Source of the DNA: Spirochaetia bacterium | Lineage (GTDB): Bacteria; Spirochaetota; Spirochaetia; SZUA-6; Bin103 | Length of the DNA stretch: 64,000 bases | Direction of reading: 5' to 3' | Assembly: GCA_965203905.1 (NCBI GenBank) | Contig: CBDBDQ010000005.1 | Coordinates: 3,424,001 to 3,488,000 of the forward strand | Part shown: positions 22,164 through 31,280 of the stretch, one piece after another | Layout of the letters: the number at the start of each line of letters is the position of its first letter | Position numbering within the stretch: position 1 is the first letter of the stretch | Translations under genes and position numbers: made by a program | The notes under the pieces: model-generated | Database searches by the model: none | What the model was told of the DNA's origin: nothing | What the model saw: only the letters and a program-made list of their open reading frames with translations

Positions 22164-23270
22164 GTGGATCTACGCTACCTGGACGCGGTCGTGCGGGCCG
22201 ACCTGGAGGCCAAGATGGTGTTCGTGGCCGGGCCCCGCCAGGTCGGCAAGACGACGCTGGCGAAGCAGATACTGCCGGATCCGGCCGGTTACCTGAACTG
22301 GGATGTTCCCGCGCACCGCGAGGCGATCCTCACCCGCGAGCTGCCGCCGGTGCCGATGCTGGTGCTCGATGAATTGCACAAGTACCGGTCATGGCGCAAC
22401 TACCTGAAGGGCCTGTTCGACGGTGCCGGCCACCGCGTGCGCATCCTGGTGACCGGAAGCGCCCGGCTCGACGCCTACCGGCGCGGCGGTGACTCGCTGC
22501 AAGGTCGCTATCACCTGCATCGGCTGCATCCCTTGTCGCTGGCCGAGCTTGGCGACCCGGCGGCCTTGCGCGACCTGTTGCGGTTAGGCGGCTTTCCCGA
22601 GCCATTCTTGTCCGGCTCCGAGCGGACCGCGCGCCGCTGGTCACGCGAATATCGTACGCTGCTGATCCAGGAGGAGGTCACCTCCCTCGAACAAGTCGTC
22701 GATCTCGGCAACCTGGAGTTGCTGGCGTTACGCCTACCGGAGCTGGTCGGCGCCCCGCTGTCGCTCAACGCGCTACGCGAGGACCTCGGCGTGAGCCATG
22801 ACGCGGTGCGACGCTGGGTCGCGGTACTGGAGCGGCTCTACGCCGTGGTCCGGCTGAGTCCGTTCGGTGCGCCGGCCATTCGCGCCATCAAGAAGGCGCA
22901 AAAGCACTATCTGTTCGACTGGACCCAGGTGCCGGAGCTGCCGCAGCGGTTCGAGAACCTGGTCGCCATGGCGCTGCTCAAGTGGGTTCACCAGCAGCAG
23001 GATGCCGAGGGGCAGGACCTGGAGCTGCGCTATTTCCGCGATCTCGACGGCCGCGAAGTCGACTTCGTCGTCACCGAGCGCCGGGTGCCGGTCCTGCTGG
23101 TGGAGGCGAAGTGGGCCGACACCGGGGTCGACCGTAATCTGCGCTACCTGAAGCGGCGCTTCCCCACAGCCGACGCGTGGCAGCTCAGCGCAACCGGAAC
23201 CAAGGACGCGCACACCCCCGAAGGCATCCGCCTGGCCCCCGCCCCACGCCTGCTCAGCCGGCTGGCATGA
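22164..23270 (+). CDS. AAA_14/DUF4143 family ATPase
   Basis: GPRQVGKTT, LDELHK, LVTGS, SLQGR, GGFPE, FENLV and YFRDLDGREVDF..VEAK. Confidence 0.9.
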   Translation: MDLRYLDAVVRADLEAKMVFVAGPRQVGKTTLAKQILPDPAGYLNWDVPAHREAILTRELPPVPMLVLDELHKYRSWRNYLKGLFDGAGHRVRILVTGSARLDAYRRGGDSLQGRYHLHRLHPLSLAELGDPAALRDLLRLGGFPEPFLSGSERTARRWSREYRTLLIQEEVTSLEQVVDLGNLELLALRLPELVGAPLSLNALREDLGVSHDAVRRWVAVLERLYAVVRLSPFGAPAIRAIKKAQKHYLFDWTQVPELPQRFENLVAMALLKWVHQQQDAEGQDLELRYFRDLDGREVDFVVTERRVPVLLVEAKWADTGVDRNLRYLKRRFPTADAWQLSATGTKDAHTPEGIRLAPAPRLLSRLA

Positions 23271-23363
23271 CGAGCCCTGGACGGCAATCTCGTTTTGTTC
23301 CGCAGTGGAACACATTTGCTCGGTCCATGCGTCTTCAAGGGTTGAGCGGGCGCCGCGATCAGT

Positions 23364-23412
23364 CTCTTGACCGCGGCCAGCACCTGCCCTGGAGGTCGAT
23401 CGCGATGCAAGC
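23364..23412 (-). pseudogene. Micro-remnant of the PIN toxin locus that is intact at 30530-31240
   Basis: tcttgaccgcggccagcacctgccc matches 30869-30893 (PGQVLAAVK). It is followed by cgcgatgcaagc, similar to the -35 region near 31224-31237. Confidence 0.55.
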
Positions 23413-23435
23413 GGTGCGGGCACACCTCGGAGGAC

Positions 23436-23775
23436 TCATAACGCAAGGACCAGCCGGAGACCGGCATCCACGTCGGCAAGGTCGTCCGACGTCAACCGGC
23501 CGGCCCGCTCTACAAGCCTTCTTTGATCGAGGCAGCTTACTTGCGACACGACAAGGACTGAAATCCTTGCTCAGACCCGACACCTCCGCGGCCACGAAGG
23601 CATTGCCCGGAGCATCGCCGAGCCGGAGGTTGGTGGTGAACGGTGCGCAGAGTACCGAGCCGATTCTGCTACGATTGAGACTGTCGGCCTGGACGATCAG
23701 GACGGGACGGCGGAATCCGGGTTCGGTGCCGAATGGAACGCCAAGGTCCGCCCACCAGATGTCACCACGAGTCAT
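23436..23775 (-). pseudogene. mazF: MazF/PemK toxin, frameshifted
   Basis: MTRGDIWWADL..EPGFRRPVLIVQAD..TTNL..PGN. A 1-nt insertion near 23562; the alternative frame continues SVLVVSQVSCLD..DVDAGLRLVLAL*. Confidence 0.85.
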
Positions 23776-24020
23776 TTCTCGTAAACTCGCGAAGACTTTC
23801 CAGTCCCGCATTCAGGGCACCAGGTGCGGGTGCCGCGCGATGGTCGCGATACACTTCGTTCAGACGCTCAGTCACGTCCGCCTGCTGGCGATTGCGCAAG
23901 AACTCCTCAAGCGCCATCGCGAAAAGCCGGCTGCGGGCAACGCCAAGTTCAGCCGCCACCAGTCCCAGGACCCGCCTCGGACTCTGCCGGAAGGGAGTCT
24001 GCCACTCCCGTACTTCCGTA
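23762..24020 (-). pseudogene. Ribbon-helix-helix antitoxin partner of MazF, degenerate 5' end
   Basis: AAELGVARSRLFAMALEEFL..VTERLNEVY..W*; overlaps the mazF start. Confidence 0.65.
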
Positions 24021-24180
24021 GTCGTGCCTCCAGGGAAGCGAAACTCGCCCTCACACGTGCGGATGAGACTCGCGAAGTGCTCGTCAAAGTCATAGTGGAG
24101 GTTCCCGCTTGCCATGCGCGTAACTCGCCCGGGCACCTTGCGGCCTGGTAGGTCCGACTTTCGTATGAGCGGCCGCGGAG

Positions 24181-24411
24181 CTATGACGCATCCCGGTGGA
24201 TCTCCACCGGCGTCAGCTTGTACACCCGCGCCATTCGTGAGGCTGTGCGTATGTCGCCCCGTCGCAGGGCGTCCCGAATGTCATCCAGACGATACGCATC
24301 GTCGAGCGTCAGGTAGGGGCTCCAGCCTCCTTCGCCTTCCATAAGATCAACGGATACCTCAGCGACATAGTTGCCTTCCCGTACCAGACGGGTCGTCTCT
24401 CGGTGGCTCAT
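24181..24411 (-). CDS. Small protein, putative antitoxin paired with DUF4258
   Basis: MSHRETTRLVREGNYVAEVSVDL..GWSPYL..RVYKLTPV. Coupled to the upstream gene by TGATG. Confidence 0.7.
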   Translation of the reverse strand: MSHRETTRLVREGNYVAEVSVDLMEGEGGWSPYLTLDDAYRLDDIRDALRRGDIRTASRMARVYKLTPVEIHRDAS

Positions 24412-24731
24412 CAAACCCTCCGCAGGTAGTCTTCCGTCCACAATACCGGGTCGGGCCGGTACGCAGTCACGATGACGGCCGGACTGTCCGATCCAGCCGG
24501 TATTCCCCAGAGGACATGGATGAATTGATCCCCCTCATCGCTCTGCCGGACCAGCACGCATGGCCCCTTCGGATAGTCGGGATAGTCTTCGACAAGAACG
24601 GCGCGACCGATGCCCCGTATCAACTCCCGTGTGCGGAGGCCGTCAGCTGCCGCTTCATCATACCCGTGAGCAGATACTCGGACCTCGCCGGCTGTGACGA
24701 GGCTCTTTACTCTGGCAAGGGTCCTACTCAC
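24411..24731 (-). CDS. DUF4258 domain protein (putative toxin)
   Basis: SAHGYDE..VEDYPDYPKGPCVLV..IHVLWG..VTAYRPDP..W. Confidence 0.8.
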   Translation of the reverse strand: MSRTLARVKSLVTAGEVRVSAHGYDEAAADGLRTRELIRGIGRAVLVEDYPDYPKGPCVLVRQSDEGDQFIHVLWGIPAGSDSPAVIVTAYRPDPVLWTEDYLRRV

Positions 24732-24805
24732 CGTGACTCACGAACCCGTCCTGACTGTCACATCCTAATCATTCGCAGCAAGATCACCAACTACACTGCG
24801 TTCTG

Positions 24806-25075
24806 CTACTGCGCGTAGGGGGCGTCGGCGTCGCGCAGGCCGTCGCCGACGAAGTTGAAGGCCAGCACGGTGACCACGATCGCCACCCCGGGCAGGAACA
24901 GCCATGGCGCCAGCGCCACGGCGCGGATGTTCTGCACCCCGGTCAGCAGCACCCCCCAGCTTATCACCGGCTCGCGCAGCCCCAGGCCGAGGAAGCTGAG
25001 ACTGGTCTCGGCCAGGATCATCTCCGGCACGCGCAGCGTGAGCACGGCGATCAGGTGGCTGCTGAACGACGGCAC
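24806..25075 (-). pseudogene. 3' fragment of an ABC permease (copy of 33137-33405)
   Basis: PSFSSHLIAVLTLRVPEMILAETSLSFLGLG..GDGLRDADAPYAQ; near-identical DNA to the 33.1-33.4 kb copy. Confidence 0.85.
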
Positions 25076-25077
25076 TA

Positions 25078-25323
25078 ATCTCGTTCGGCAGGGTCGAGGC
25101 GCTGCGGCGGTACCTGGCGGACGAATTCGCCACCGGCACGTCGCCCGACGGCGGCTCGCCGCTCCACCACCTGCGCGACGACACCGACCACCTGGAACAG
25201 GTGATAGCCGCGCCCATCAAGGCGGGTGCGGACCTCACGGCCCGAGACTCGCACGGGCAGACGCCCCACGAGAGCGCCGTGCGCCGCGGGGAGGCCGCCG
25301 TCGCGGCCCTGCTGGCGCCCTGA
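25078..25323 (+). pseudogene. C-terminal fragment of an ankyrin-repeat protein
   Basis: Manual translation ISFGRVEALRRYL..GGSPLHHL..IKAGADLTARDSHGQTPHESAVRRGEAAVAALLAP*. No start codon. Confidence 0.75.
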
Positions 25324-25371
25324 CCCGCGGCCTTGGTCATGGTCATGGTGGCGGCGTGTTCATTCACGCAG

Positions 25372-25677
25372 TCAGGCGGCGATGTCGCGCCGGCCGTGCA
25401 GCACACGCCATACGTCGATGTGACCGTCATGCTCGACGTAGAACAACACGTAAGGGTAGCGCCGGAGGGCCCAGGAGCGTAGTTCCGGCACGTCCAGTTC
25501 CGAAGCATACCGGGATGACCCTGACGCGGGATACTGCGCTAGGTGCCGGTAGGCCCTTTCGAGTTCGTCGATGAAGCCAAGCGCAGCATGCGCCTCTCCT
25601 GTGCTGAGGTAGTGATCAAGCGCCTCGTCCACATCGCGAACGGCGCTCGCCCGTTGAACGACCGGCTTGGGGTTCAA
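25372..25677 (-). CDS. parE: ParE/RelE family toxin
   Basis: SAVRDVDEALDHY..FIDELERAYRHLAQYPASGS..YPYVLFY..RVLHGRRDI. Confidence 0.88.
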   Translation of the reverse strand: MNPKPVVQRASAVRDVDEALDHYLSTGEAHAALGFIDELERAYRHLAQYPASGSSRYASELDVPELRSWALRRYPYVLFYVEHDGHIDVWRVLHGRRDIAA

Positions 25678-25916
25678 CCGTGGGATCGTGAACGAACGCT
25701 GTCTCGCAGGTTGGCGAAGTCGGCGGCGTCCACCGGTTCCGACGCCGCCGACTCGGCCCCCTCCAACAGCAGCCGTCGCAGATGCTGCCGATCCTGATCG
25801 TGGCGGATCAGGGCGCGGACGTACTCGCTGCAGGTTCCGAAACCACGCCCGGAGACCTGTTCGTCCACGAACGACTTGAGCGTTGCCGGAAGCGAAATGT
25901 TCATCGTGGTATTCAC
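25674..25916 (-). CDS. parD: ParD-like antitoxin (CC2985 type)
   Basis: MNISLPATLKSFVDEQV..SEYVRALIRHDQ..LLLEG. Overlaps the toxin start. Confidence 0.88.
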   Translation of the reverse strand: MNTTMNISLPATLKSFVDEQVSGRGFGTCSEYVRALIRHDQDRQHLRRLLLEGAESAASEPVDAADFANLRDSVRSRSHG

Positions 25917-25923
25917 GTCGAGC

Positions 25924-25952
25924 AGGTTACGTAGAATGACAACAATTGGCAA
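25924..25952 (-). promoter_or_regulatory. Promoter of parDE
   Basis: On the minus strand TTGCCA, 17-bp spacer, TAACCT, then GTG start 7 nt downstream. Confidence 0.6.
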
Positions 25953-26077
25953 GACGCGAACGAGACGGGTGAGGCGGGACAGGCCGGGCACTACCGGGCC
26001 GGGAGCTAACCGTATTAGTAATGCCCCGGATGGTGGAATCGATGAAAGCGACGGCTTGGGGCCCGGTGCGATGAGGG

Positions 26078-26194
26078 GACGTGCCGGGGTTCGGCGCCCG
26101 GCTGAATCTCGGCGCCGCGCTCATGGCGCATACCTGCAAGCCGGGCGCCGCCGACGAGATGTTCGCCGTCAATCAGCCGGCCGCCGGCAACCTT
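26078..26194 (+). pseudogene. Short second fragment of the ricin-lectin gene
   Basis: VPGFGARLNLGAALMAHTCKP is identical in protein to 4484-4546. Confidence 0.75.
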
Positions 26195-26203
26195 TCGACT
26201 CTG

Positions 26204-27109
26204 TCATATGCCAGTTTGCCTGGCGCCCGCACCCAGACGACCACCACCACCCCGCAGCCGTGGGTCGAGCAGATCGCGCACCGCGTCGCCAAACATGTTG
26301 AGGCAGTACACGACGATCGTCAGGCACAGCCCCGGTAAGAGCGCCAGCCGCGGCGCCACCTCCATGTACTTGCGCCCTTCTCTGCTGAGCATGGCTCCCC
26401 AGCTCGGGATCTCCAGCGGCAGACCGAATCCCAGGAAACTCAAGCTGGCCTCGGCAATGATCACGCCTCCGATGTTGATCGAGAAGACGATGATGACGAC
26501 AGGTATGATATTGGGCAGCACATGGCGGATCAGGATGTGGCGCGTGGGGGTGCCCACCGCTTGGGCTGCCAGAAAGTAGTCATTCTCCTTGATGCCCATG
26601 ACGGCACCCCGGATGACTCTCGAGCCGCCGATGCCTCCGGCGATCCCCAAGACCAGGATGATCTGTGGCAAACCCTGCCCCACCACAGACATGATCGTCA
26701 GCAAGATCAGCAGCCCCGGAAAGGCCATCCAGGCATCGACAAAGCGCTGCACGGCCAGGTCCAGTTTCCCGCCAAAGTAGCCGGACGGTGCGCCTATCAG
26801 CACAGCCACCACGACATTGACCGTTGTCGCTGCCAGGCCGACGAAGAGCGAAATTCGGGCACCGTAGATCAGGCGGCTCAGGAGGTCCCGCCCCAGATGA
26901 TCGGTGCCCAGTAGATAGCGGCTCGATGGGCTGGTCAGCCGGTCTGCCAAATGGACTTCAGCCGGCTCATAGGGAGCCACTACACCGGCAAAAATGCTGA
27001 CGAAAACCAGGAACAGTACGACCACTCCCCCGCACGTGCCCAGCGGCTGCTCCTTCACCAGCCTTCGCAGCAACAGGCCCGGGAAAAACTGTCTCTTTGT
27101 CGGGTCCAT
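26204..27109 (-). CDS. ABC permease (DppC-like)
   Basis: LGTDHLGRD, EASLSFLGFG, PSWG and GDAVRDLLDPR. Confidence 0.92.
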   Translation of the reverse strand: MDPTKRQFFPGLLLRRLVKEQPLGTCGGVVVLFLVFVSIFAGVVAPYEPAEVHLADRLTSPSSRYLLGTDHLGRDLLSRLIYGARISLFVGLAATTVNVVVAVLIGAPSGYFGGKLDLAVQRFVDAWMAFPGLLILLTIMSVVGQGLPQIILVLGIAGGIGGSRVIRGAVMGIKENDYFLAAQAVGTPTRHILIRHVLPNIIPVVIIVFSINIGGVIIAEASLSFLGFGLPLEIPSWGAMLSREGRKYMEVAPRLALLPGLCLTIVVYCLNMFGDAVRDLLDPRLRGGGGRLGAGARQTGI

Positions 27110-27110
27110 G

Positions 27111-28073
27111 CTATCGATAACGAATCCGGGGATCCAAATAGGAATAGATGATATCGATCAACAGGTTGAACGTGAGCACGGCAGTGCCAAAAAACAGGTT
27201 GATGCCGGAGACTACCGGGTAATCTCTCTCCGTGAGGGCGATCAGCATCAGGCGTCCCAGCCCCGGAAGGTTGAAGATGTTCTCCATGATTACGGCGCCG
27301 CCTACTACGATAGGTAGCTGCAGGCCGACCAGGGTCACTACCGGAATGAGGGCGTTCTTGACGGCGTGCCTCACCACGACGACACGCTCCCTGAGACCCT
27401 TGGACCAGGCGGTGCGGATATAGTCCTGGCGGAGCACTTCCAGCATCATGGTGCGGGTCATGCGCATGGTGGCAGCAGACAAGGCCGTCCCCAGTATCAG
27501 GCTGGGAATGATGAGGATGCCGAGATTTCCCAGCGGGTCTTCGACAAGAGGGACATACTCCATCGGCGGCGACCAGCCCCACCAGATGGCCGGGAAGATC
27601 ATCACCATCAGCGCCAGCCAGAAGTTGGGCGTTGCCAAGCCGATGACGGCGAACGAACGCCCCACGTAGTCGGCGGCGGTGTTGCGGCGCATCGCCGAGT
27701 AGATGCCGACCGGCACTGCTATCAGCAACCCCATGACGACGGACAAAACGCCAAGCTCAATAGTCAGCGGTAATCTGTCCCAAATAGCCGCCTCCACCGA
27801 CCAGTCGCCTAAAAGTGAATTGCCAAGGGTGCCGCGCAGCAGGATACCTCCCATCCAGCGCCCATACTGCACGTACACGGGCTGGTCCAATCCCAACATC
27901 CGCGCGACAGCTTCACGGTCTATACTCGCACCCGCGCCCATGGCTTCCAGCCTACCCGCCATCGTATCTATTACATCACCCGGGATGAAACGGACCGAGA
28001 GAAAGACCAGTATGCTCAATATCAACAGCGTAGGGATGAGGAGCAATAGTCTCCTGATGACGTAGGCTCTCAT
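27111..28073 (-). CDS. ABC permease (DppB-like)
   Basis: MRAYVIRRLL, QDYIRTAWSKGL, RDYPV and DPRIRY. Confidence 0.92.
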   Translation of the reverse strand: MRAYVIRRLLLLIPTLLILSILVFLSVRFIPGDVIDTMAGRLEAMGAGASIDREAVARMLGLDQPVYVQYGRWMGGILLRGTLGNSLLGDWSVEAAIWDRLPLTIELGVLSVVMGLLIAVPVGIYSAMRRNTAADYVGRSFAVIGLATPNFWLALMVMIFPAIWWGWSPPMEYVPLVEDPLGNLGILIIPSLILGTALSAATMRMTRTMMLEVLRQDYIRTAWSKGLRERVVVVRHAVKNALIPVVTLVGLQLPIVVGGAVIMENIFNLPGLGRLMLIALTERDYPVVSGINLFFGTAVLTFNLLIDIIYSYLDPRIRYR

Positions 28074-28105
28074 TTCGGATGACTGCTCATCGTTCGACTG
28101 GAAGG

Positions 28106-28140
28106 AAAAAAAGCCCTCTCGCCGCGGGGCGGTGAGAGGG
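28106..28140 (-). terminator. Intrinsic terminator/attenuator between the SBP and permease genes
   Basis: Minus-strand hairpin CCCTCTCACCG..CGGCGAGAGGG followed by C and T7. Confidence 0.75.
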
Positions 28141-28160
28141 ACCAACGAGCTGGCTCGTGC

Positions 28161-29960
28161 TCAAAAACCCATTTCTTTCTTCAAATCCTGGTCAATCCAG
28201 AGGCGGGCGAAAAGGGAATACCAGTTAAGCCCCCCTAGGCCACCTTCCGAGTTGTACCCTTTGACCCACGGCTGGGTCACATTGAATTGTGGAACCTCAG
28301 GACCGGGAACACCCCAGACACTCTTCTTGAAGTACATGTCCATCTCCAGAATCGGCTCCCTCTGATCCTCAAAGGTGGTAGCGGCCTTGGCTCTCTCGAA
28401 CAACGCGTTAAAGACCGGGTCGTCGGATTTAGCTGGGTTCCCTACATATCCCGGAGTATATCTCAACATCGCATCGAATGAATCAGATAACGCACCAAAC
28501 GCGTAGTGCTGTAACCCCTGTTCCCTTTCAGGATCTTGGACAAATGCGGTCCATGTTGCATCAGCTGGCCGAGGATCGAGCCTCACATCGACGCCAATCT
28601 CACTCCAGTAGGCTGCGACCGCTTCTACCCAGCCAACATCCTCGGTGTCACGGAAGCTTGCCTTGGTCTTGAATCGAACGCCGTCCGCGCCGCGCGGATA
28701 GCCAGCTTCATCAAGCAGCTTCGCGGCCCCCTCGGGGTTATAGCTATAGGCATCCTTGACCTCCTGAGGCCACTCGTCAAACGGGACGTAGTAACCTGGC
28801 ACCCCTGTTTGCCCCCTAGGCGTTGTATCTCCATAGCCCTTGAAGTAGGTATTGTTGATGGTTTCGTGGTCCAGTGCCATGTTCATGGCCTTTCGCACCC
28901 GGATGTCGTCAAAGGGCGGCTCACTCACGTTGAAAATAAAACCATGATCCGCCCGTTCCGAATACTCGTTCAGCACGAGCTCGGGATTGGTTCTCTTGAG
29001 GCTCTCTGCCACGTCGATAGATCTTATCATGGCGCCGGAGCCGTGGTAACCACTGTAATCAATCTTACCGGAGCGTAGTGCCGCCAGACGGGTTGCTTCC
29101 TCCGGCATGAACAGGACCCTGAACTCGTCGACGTATGGCAGGCGGTTCTCCGAGAACTTCTCGTCGAAGCCCCAGTAATCAGGATTCTTGATATAGGTCA
29201 AGGAGCTACCATCGACAAAGTCAGTCAACTCAAAGGGCCCGGTACCGACAACATTTCGCCAATCGGAAACGTCACCGTGTTGCTGGATTACCTCGGGGGG
29301 CTGTATGGTCATAGTATACCAGTCCATAATCAGGATCGGGGCACGAAGGTATGGCTCCTTCAGCTTGAAAACTACGGTATATTCGTCGGTGGCCGTTATC
29401 GACTCGAATGGCACTGTGCCAAGCTCACCTGCTGTTGCGGCAATTTCAGTGAAGCCGCTGCCCAGACCCACCATACGGTGAAAGTTGTATTCGATATCCT
29501 CAGCAGTTAGCTCCCTACCGTTCATCGGCGCCTTGTTGTGCCACTGCACGCCCTTACGGATGTTGAAGACATACGTCAGTGGGTCGGGCTGCTCCCAGCT
29601 TTCAGCCAGCGCTCCCGTTATGACGTGGAGCGGCAAAGTGTAGCCACCCCTAAAGTGAAATTTGTCCCTATCTAGTGCCCAGTCCAGTTTGCCTAGCTTC
29701 TCCACGACGGCACCGCCAACATGAACAGGAAACCACGCCAAATAGGTGTCAAAAACCTTGTAATTCACTGCAGCGGCCTGGGTCAATGTTCCGCCATACT
29801 CTGGCGCGGTCACCATCTTGCCGGTGCTCGGGTCGAGCACCATCTCCTTTTCCGCGGCGGCTGCCGGCTGCTCTTCCGCGGGAGCGGCCGACAGGCCGGT
29901 CGCGGCCACAGCGAAGCCAATCAGTACCGCCAGATACTTCTTGAGCGTTGCGTAGCACAT
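28161..29960 (-). CDS. ABC transporter substrate-binding protein, family 5
   Basis: Signal peptide, PEYGGTL, LAESWEQPD, GTGPF, KNPDYW and LPYVD. RBS AGGAGG. Confidence 0.93.
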   Translation of the reverse strand: MCYATLKKYLAVLIGFAVAATGLSAAPAEEQPAAAAEKEMVLDPSTGKMVTAPEYGGTLTQAAAVNYKVFDTYLAWFPVHVGGAVVEKLGKLDWALDRDKFHFRGGYTLPLHVITGALAESWEQPDPLTYVFNIRKGVQWHNKAPMNGRELTAEDIEYNFHRMVGLGSGFTEIAATAGELGTVPFESITATDEYTVVFKLKEPYLRAPILIMDWYTMTIQPPEVIQQHGDVSDWRNVVGTGPFELTDFVDGSSLTYIKNPDYWGFDEKFSENRLPYVDEFRVLFMPEEATRLAALRSGKIDYSGYHGSGAMIRSIDVAESLKRTNPELVLNEYSERADHGFIFNVSEPPFDDIRVRKAMNMALDHETINNTYFKGYGDTTPRGQTGVPGYYVPFDEWPQEVKDAYSYNPEGAAKLLDEAGYPRGADGVRFKTKASFRDTEDVGWVEAVAAYWSEIGVDVRLDPRPADATWTAFVQDPEREQGLQHYAFGALSDSFDAMLRYTPGYVGNPAKSDDPVFNALFERAKAATTFEDQREPILEMDMYFKKSVWGVPGPEVPQFNVTQPWVKGYNSEGGLGGLNWYSLFARLWIDQDLKKEMGF

Positions 29961-30266
29961 GAATGCGCCTCCTGTTCCTCGAGAGCACGTAATTCAGTGC
30001 CGACCCCTCGCCTTCTCTCGAGGCATTCCTGCAGGTCGCAGGTTACGGAAGCGAGGGCGATACGTTCGCGTTCGAGCTGGCACGGTCACTCGACGTGAGC
30101 GGCGTTGGCTGCCGGGCTCCTGTCAGTCGTATCCTGTTAGTCGTATCCGGTCTTCGGTGGCATCCCGTTCCTCCTATGCGCCGGGTGAACCGCGACCGCT
30201 CGGCGGGCGTCGAGACCTGCATCCGAACGCCCCGCGGGTGGCCGGGACAGCGGCGAGAGTGGGGAA

Positions 30267-30282
30267 CCGGCAACGTTGCCGG
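30267..30282. promoter_or_regulatory. Perfect 16-bp palindrome, candidate LacI-type operator
   Basis: CCGGCAACGTTGCCGG upstream of the SBP operon. Confidence 0.4.
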
Positions 30283-30387
30283 CGGTGGTAGGCAGAGTGG
30301 CGGTAGTGGCGTAACGGCGAAGGTACGCGCGGGCGCGCGCGGCGCGGTCAGACGGAGCGGTTAAAGGTTTATCGTATAGATAATTGC

Positions 30388-30399
30388 GGGGGGGGGGGG
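30388..30399. repeat. G12 homopolymer next to an AT-rich promoter-like patch
   Basis: ttatcgtatagataattgc followed by G12. Confidence 0.8.
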
Positions 30400-30529
30400 C
30401 TCGCTGTGGGGACTACCGTGTCTGCCCATCGCCTTGATGTTCCGATCGTATTACGGCTCCGCAACTCAAGTCAACTTTGCCTCGGAAAGAAACGAGAGGT
30501 CACCTCGAAACGAGCGCGCACTCTTGTGC

Positions 30530-30955
30530 TTAGTCTTCCTTGCGTGCTCGGAGCCGGTCGGCCGCCTCGCGCGCGGTGATGATCGGGATGCCGTCCGCGG
30601 TCCCGATCGCCAGCATGTGATCCCGGTCACCGGACACGACCAGGTCGGCGTCACCCGCGATCGCGGCGGCGAGTATCGGATTGTCGTCCGGATCCGCCGA
30701 CAGGCTCACCTCCGGCAACTCCGCGACCACCACGGCGACAGCTTCCAGGTGGTAGAGGAGATCTTCCGCCTCCTCACGTCGGATGTACGGCTGCAGCCGA
30801 TCGCGCGCCAGAACTTCCCGCAGTTCGTCTATCTGGAACCGGGACGTGATCAACGTAATGCCCAGGCTCTTGACCGCCGCCAGCACCTGCCCCGGCGATC
30901 CTTCTCCGGAGATCAGGGCGCTCACGAGGATGTTGGTATCAAGGACGATCCGCAC
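30530..30955 (-). CDS. PIN-domain toxin (PIN_3-type)
   Basis: MRIVLDTNILVSAL..ADPDDNPILAAAIAGDADLVVSGDRDH. Confidence 0.9.
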   Translation of the reverse strand: MRIVLDTNILVSALISGEGSPGQVLAAVKSLGITLITSRFQIDELREVLARDRLQPYIRREEAEDLLYHLEAVAVVVAELPEVSLSADPDDNPILAAAIAGDADLVVSGDRDHMLAIGTADGIPIITAREAADRLRARKED

Positions 30956-31175
30956 GGGCCTCCGCTACCGCTTCGTCGGCAAGGCTCCGGACAGCCTCGC
31001 CCGACAGGTGCCGGTTGCGTTCCCAGATCGCCTCGACGGTCTCCCAGAAGATCGCTTGGCGTACCGCACGATCCACAAACCTGGACAGGTCGCCCTTCTT
31101 GCCGCCGGTGCGCGCCAGATAGCTCCGCACGCGACGGTTCGTGTCGTCGGAGATAACGAGATTCCATCGAGTCAT
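30939..31175 (-). CDS. Ribbon-helix-helix antitoxin
   Basis: MTRWNLVISDDTNRRVRSYLA..KKGDLSRFV. RBS AAGGAG; promoter TTGCAT-18-TATAGT at 31206-31235. Confidence 0.85.
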   Translation of the reverse strand: MTRWNLVISDDTNRRVRSYLARTGGKKGDLSRFVDRAVRQAIFWETVEAIWERNRHLSGEAVRSLADEAVAEARADRP

Positions 31176-31280
31176 CAGCGCTCCTTTGTGTGTATGTGTT
31201 TATGCACTATATCGTCGGCTCAGCGCGCTATGCAAGCTTGCCCCCGACTGCATGGCTCGGAAATCGACCAGTACCGCGGT

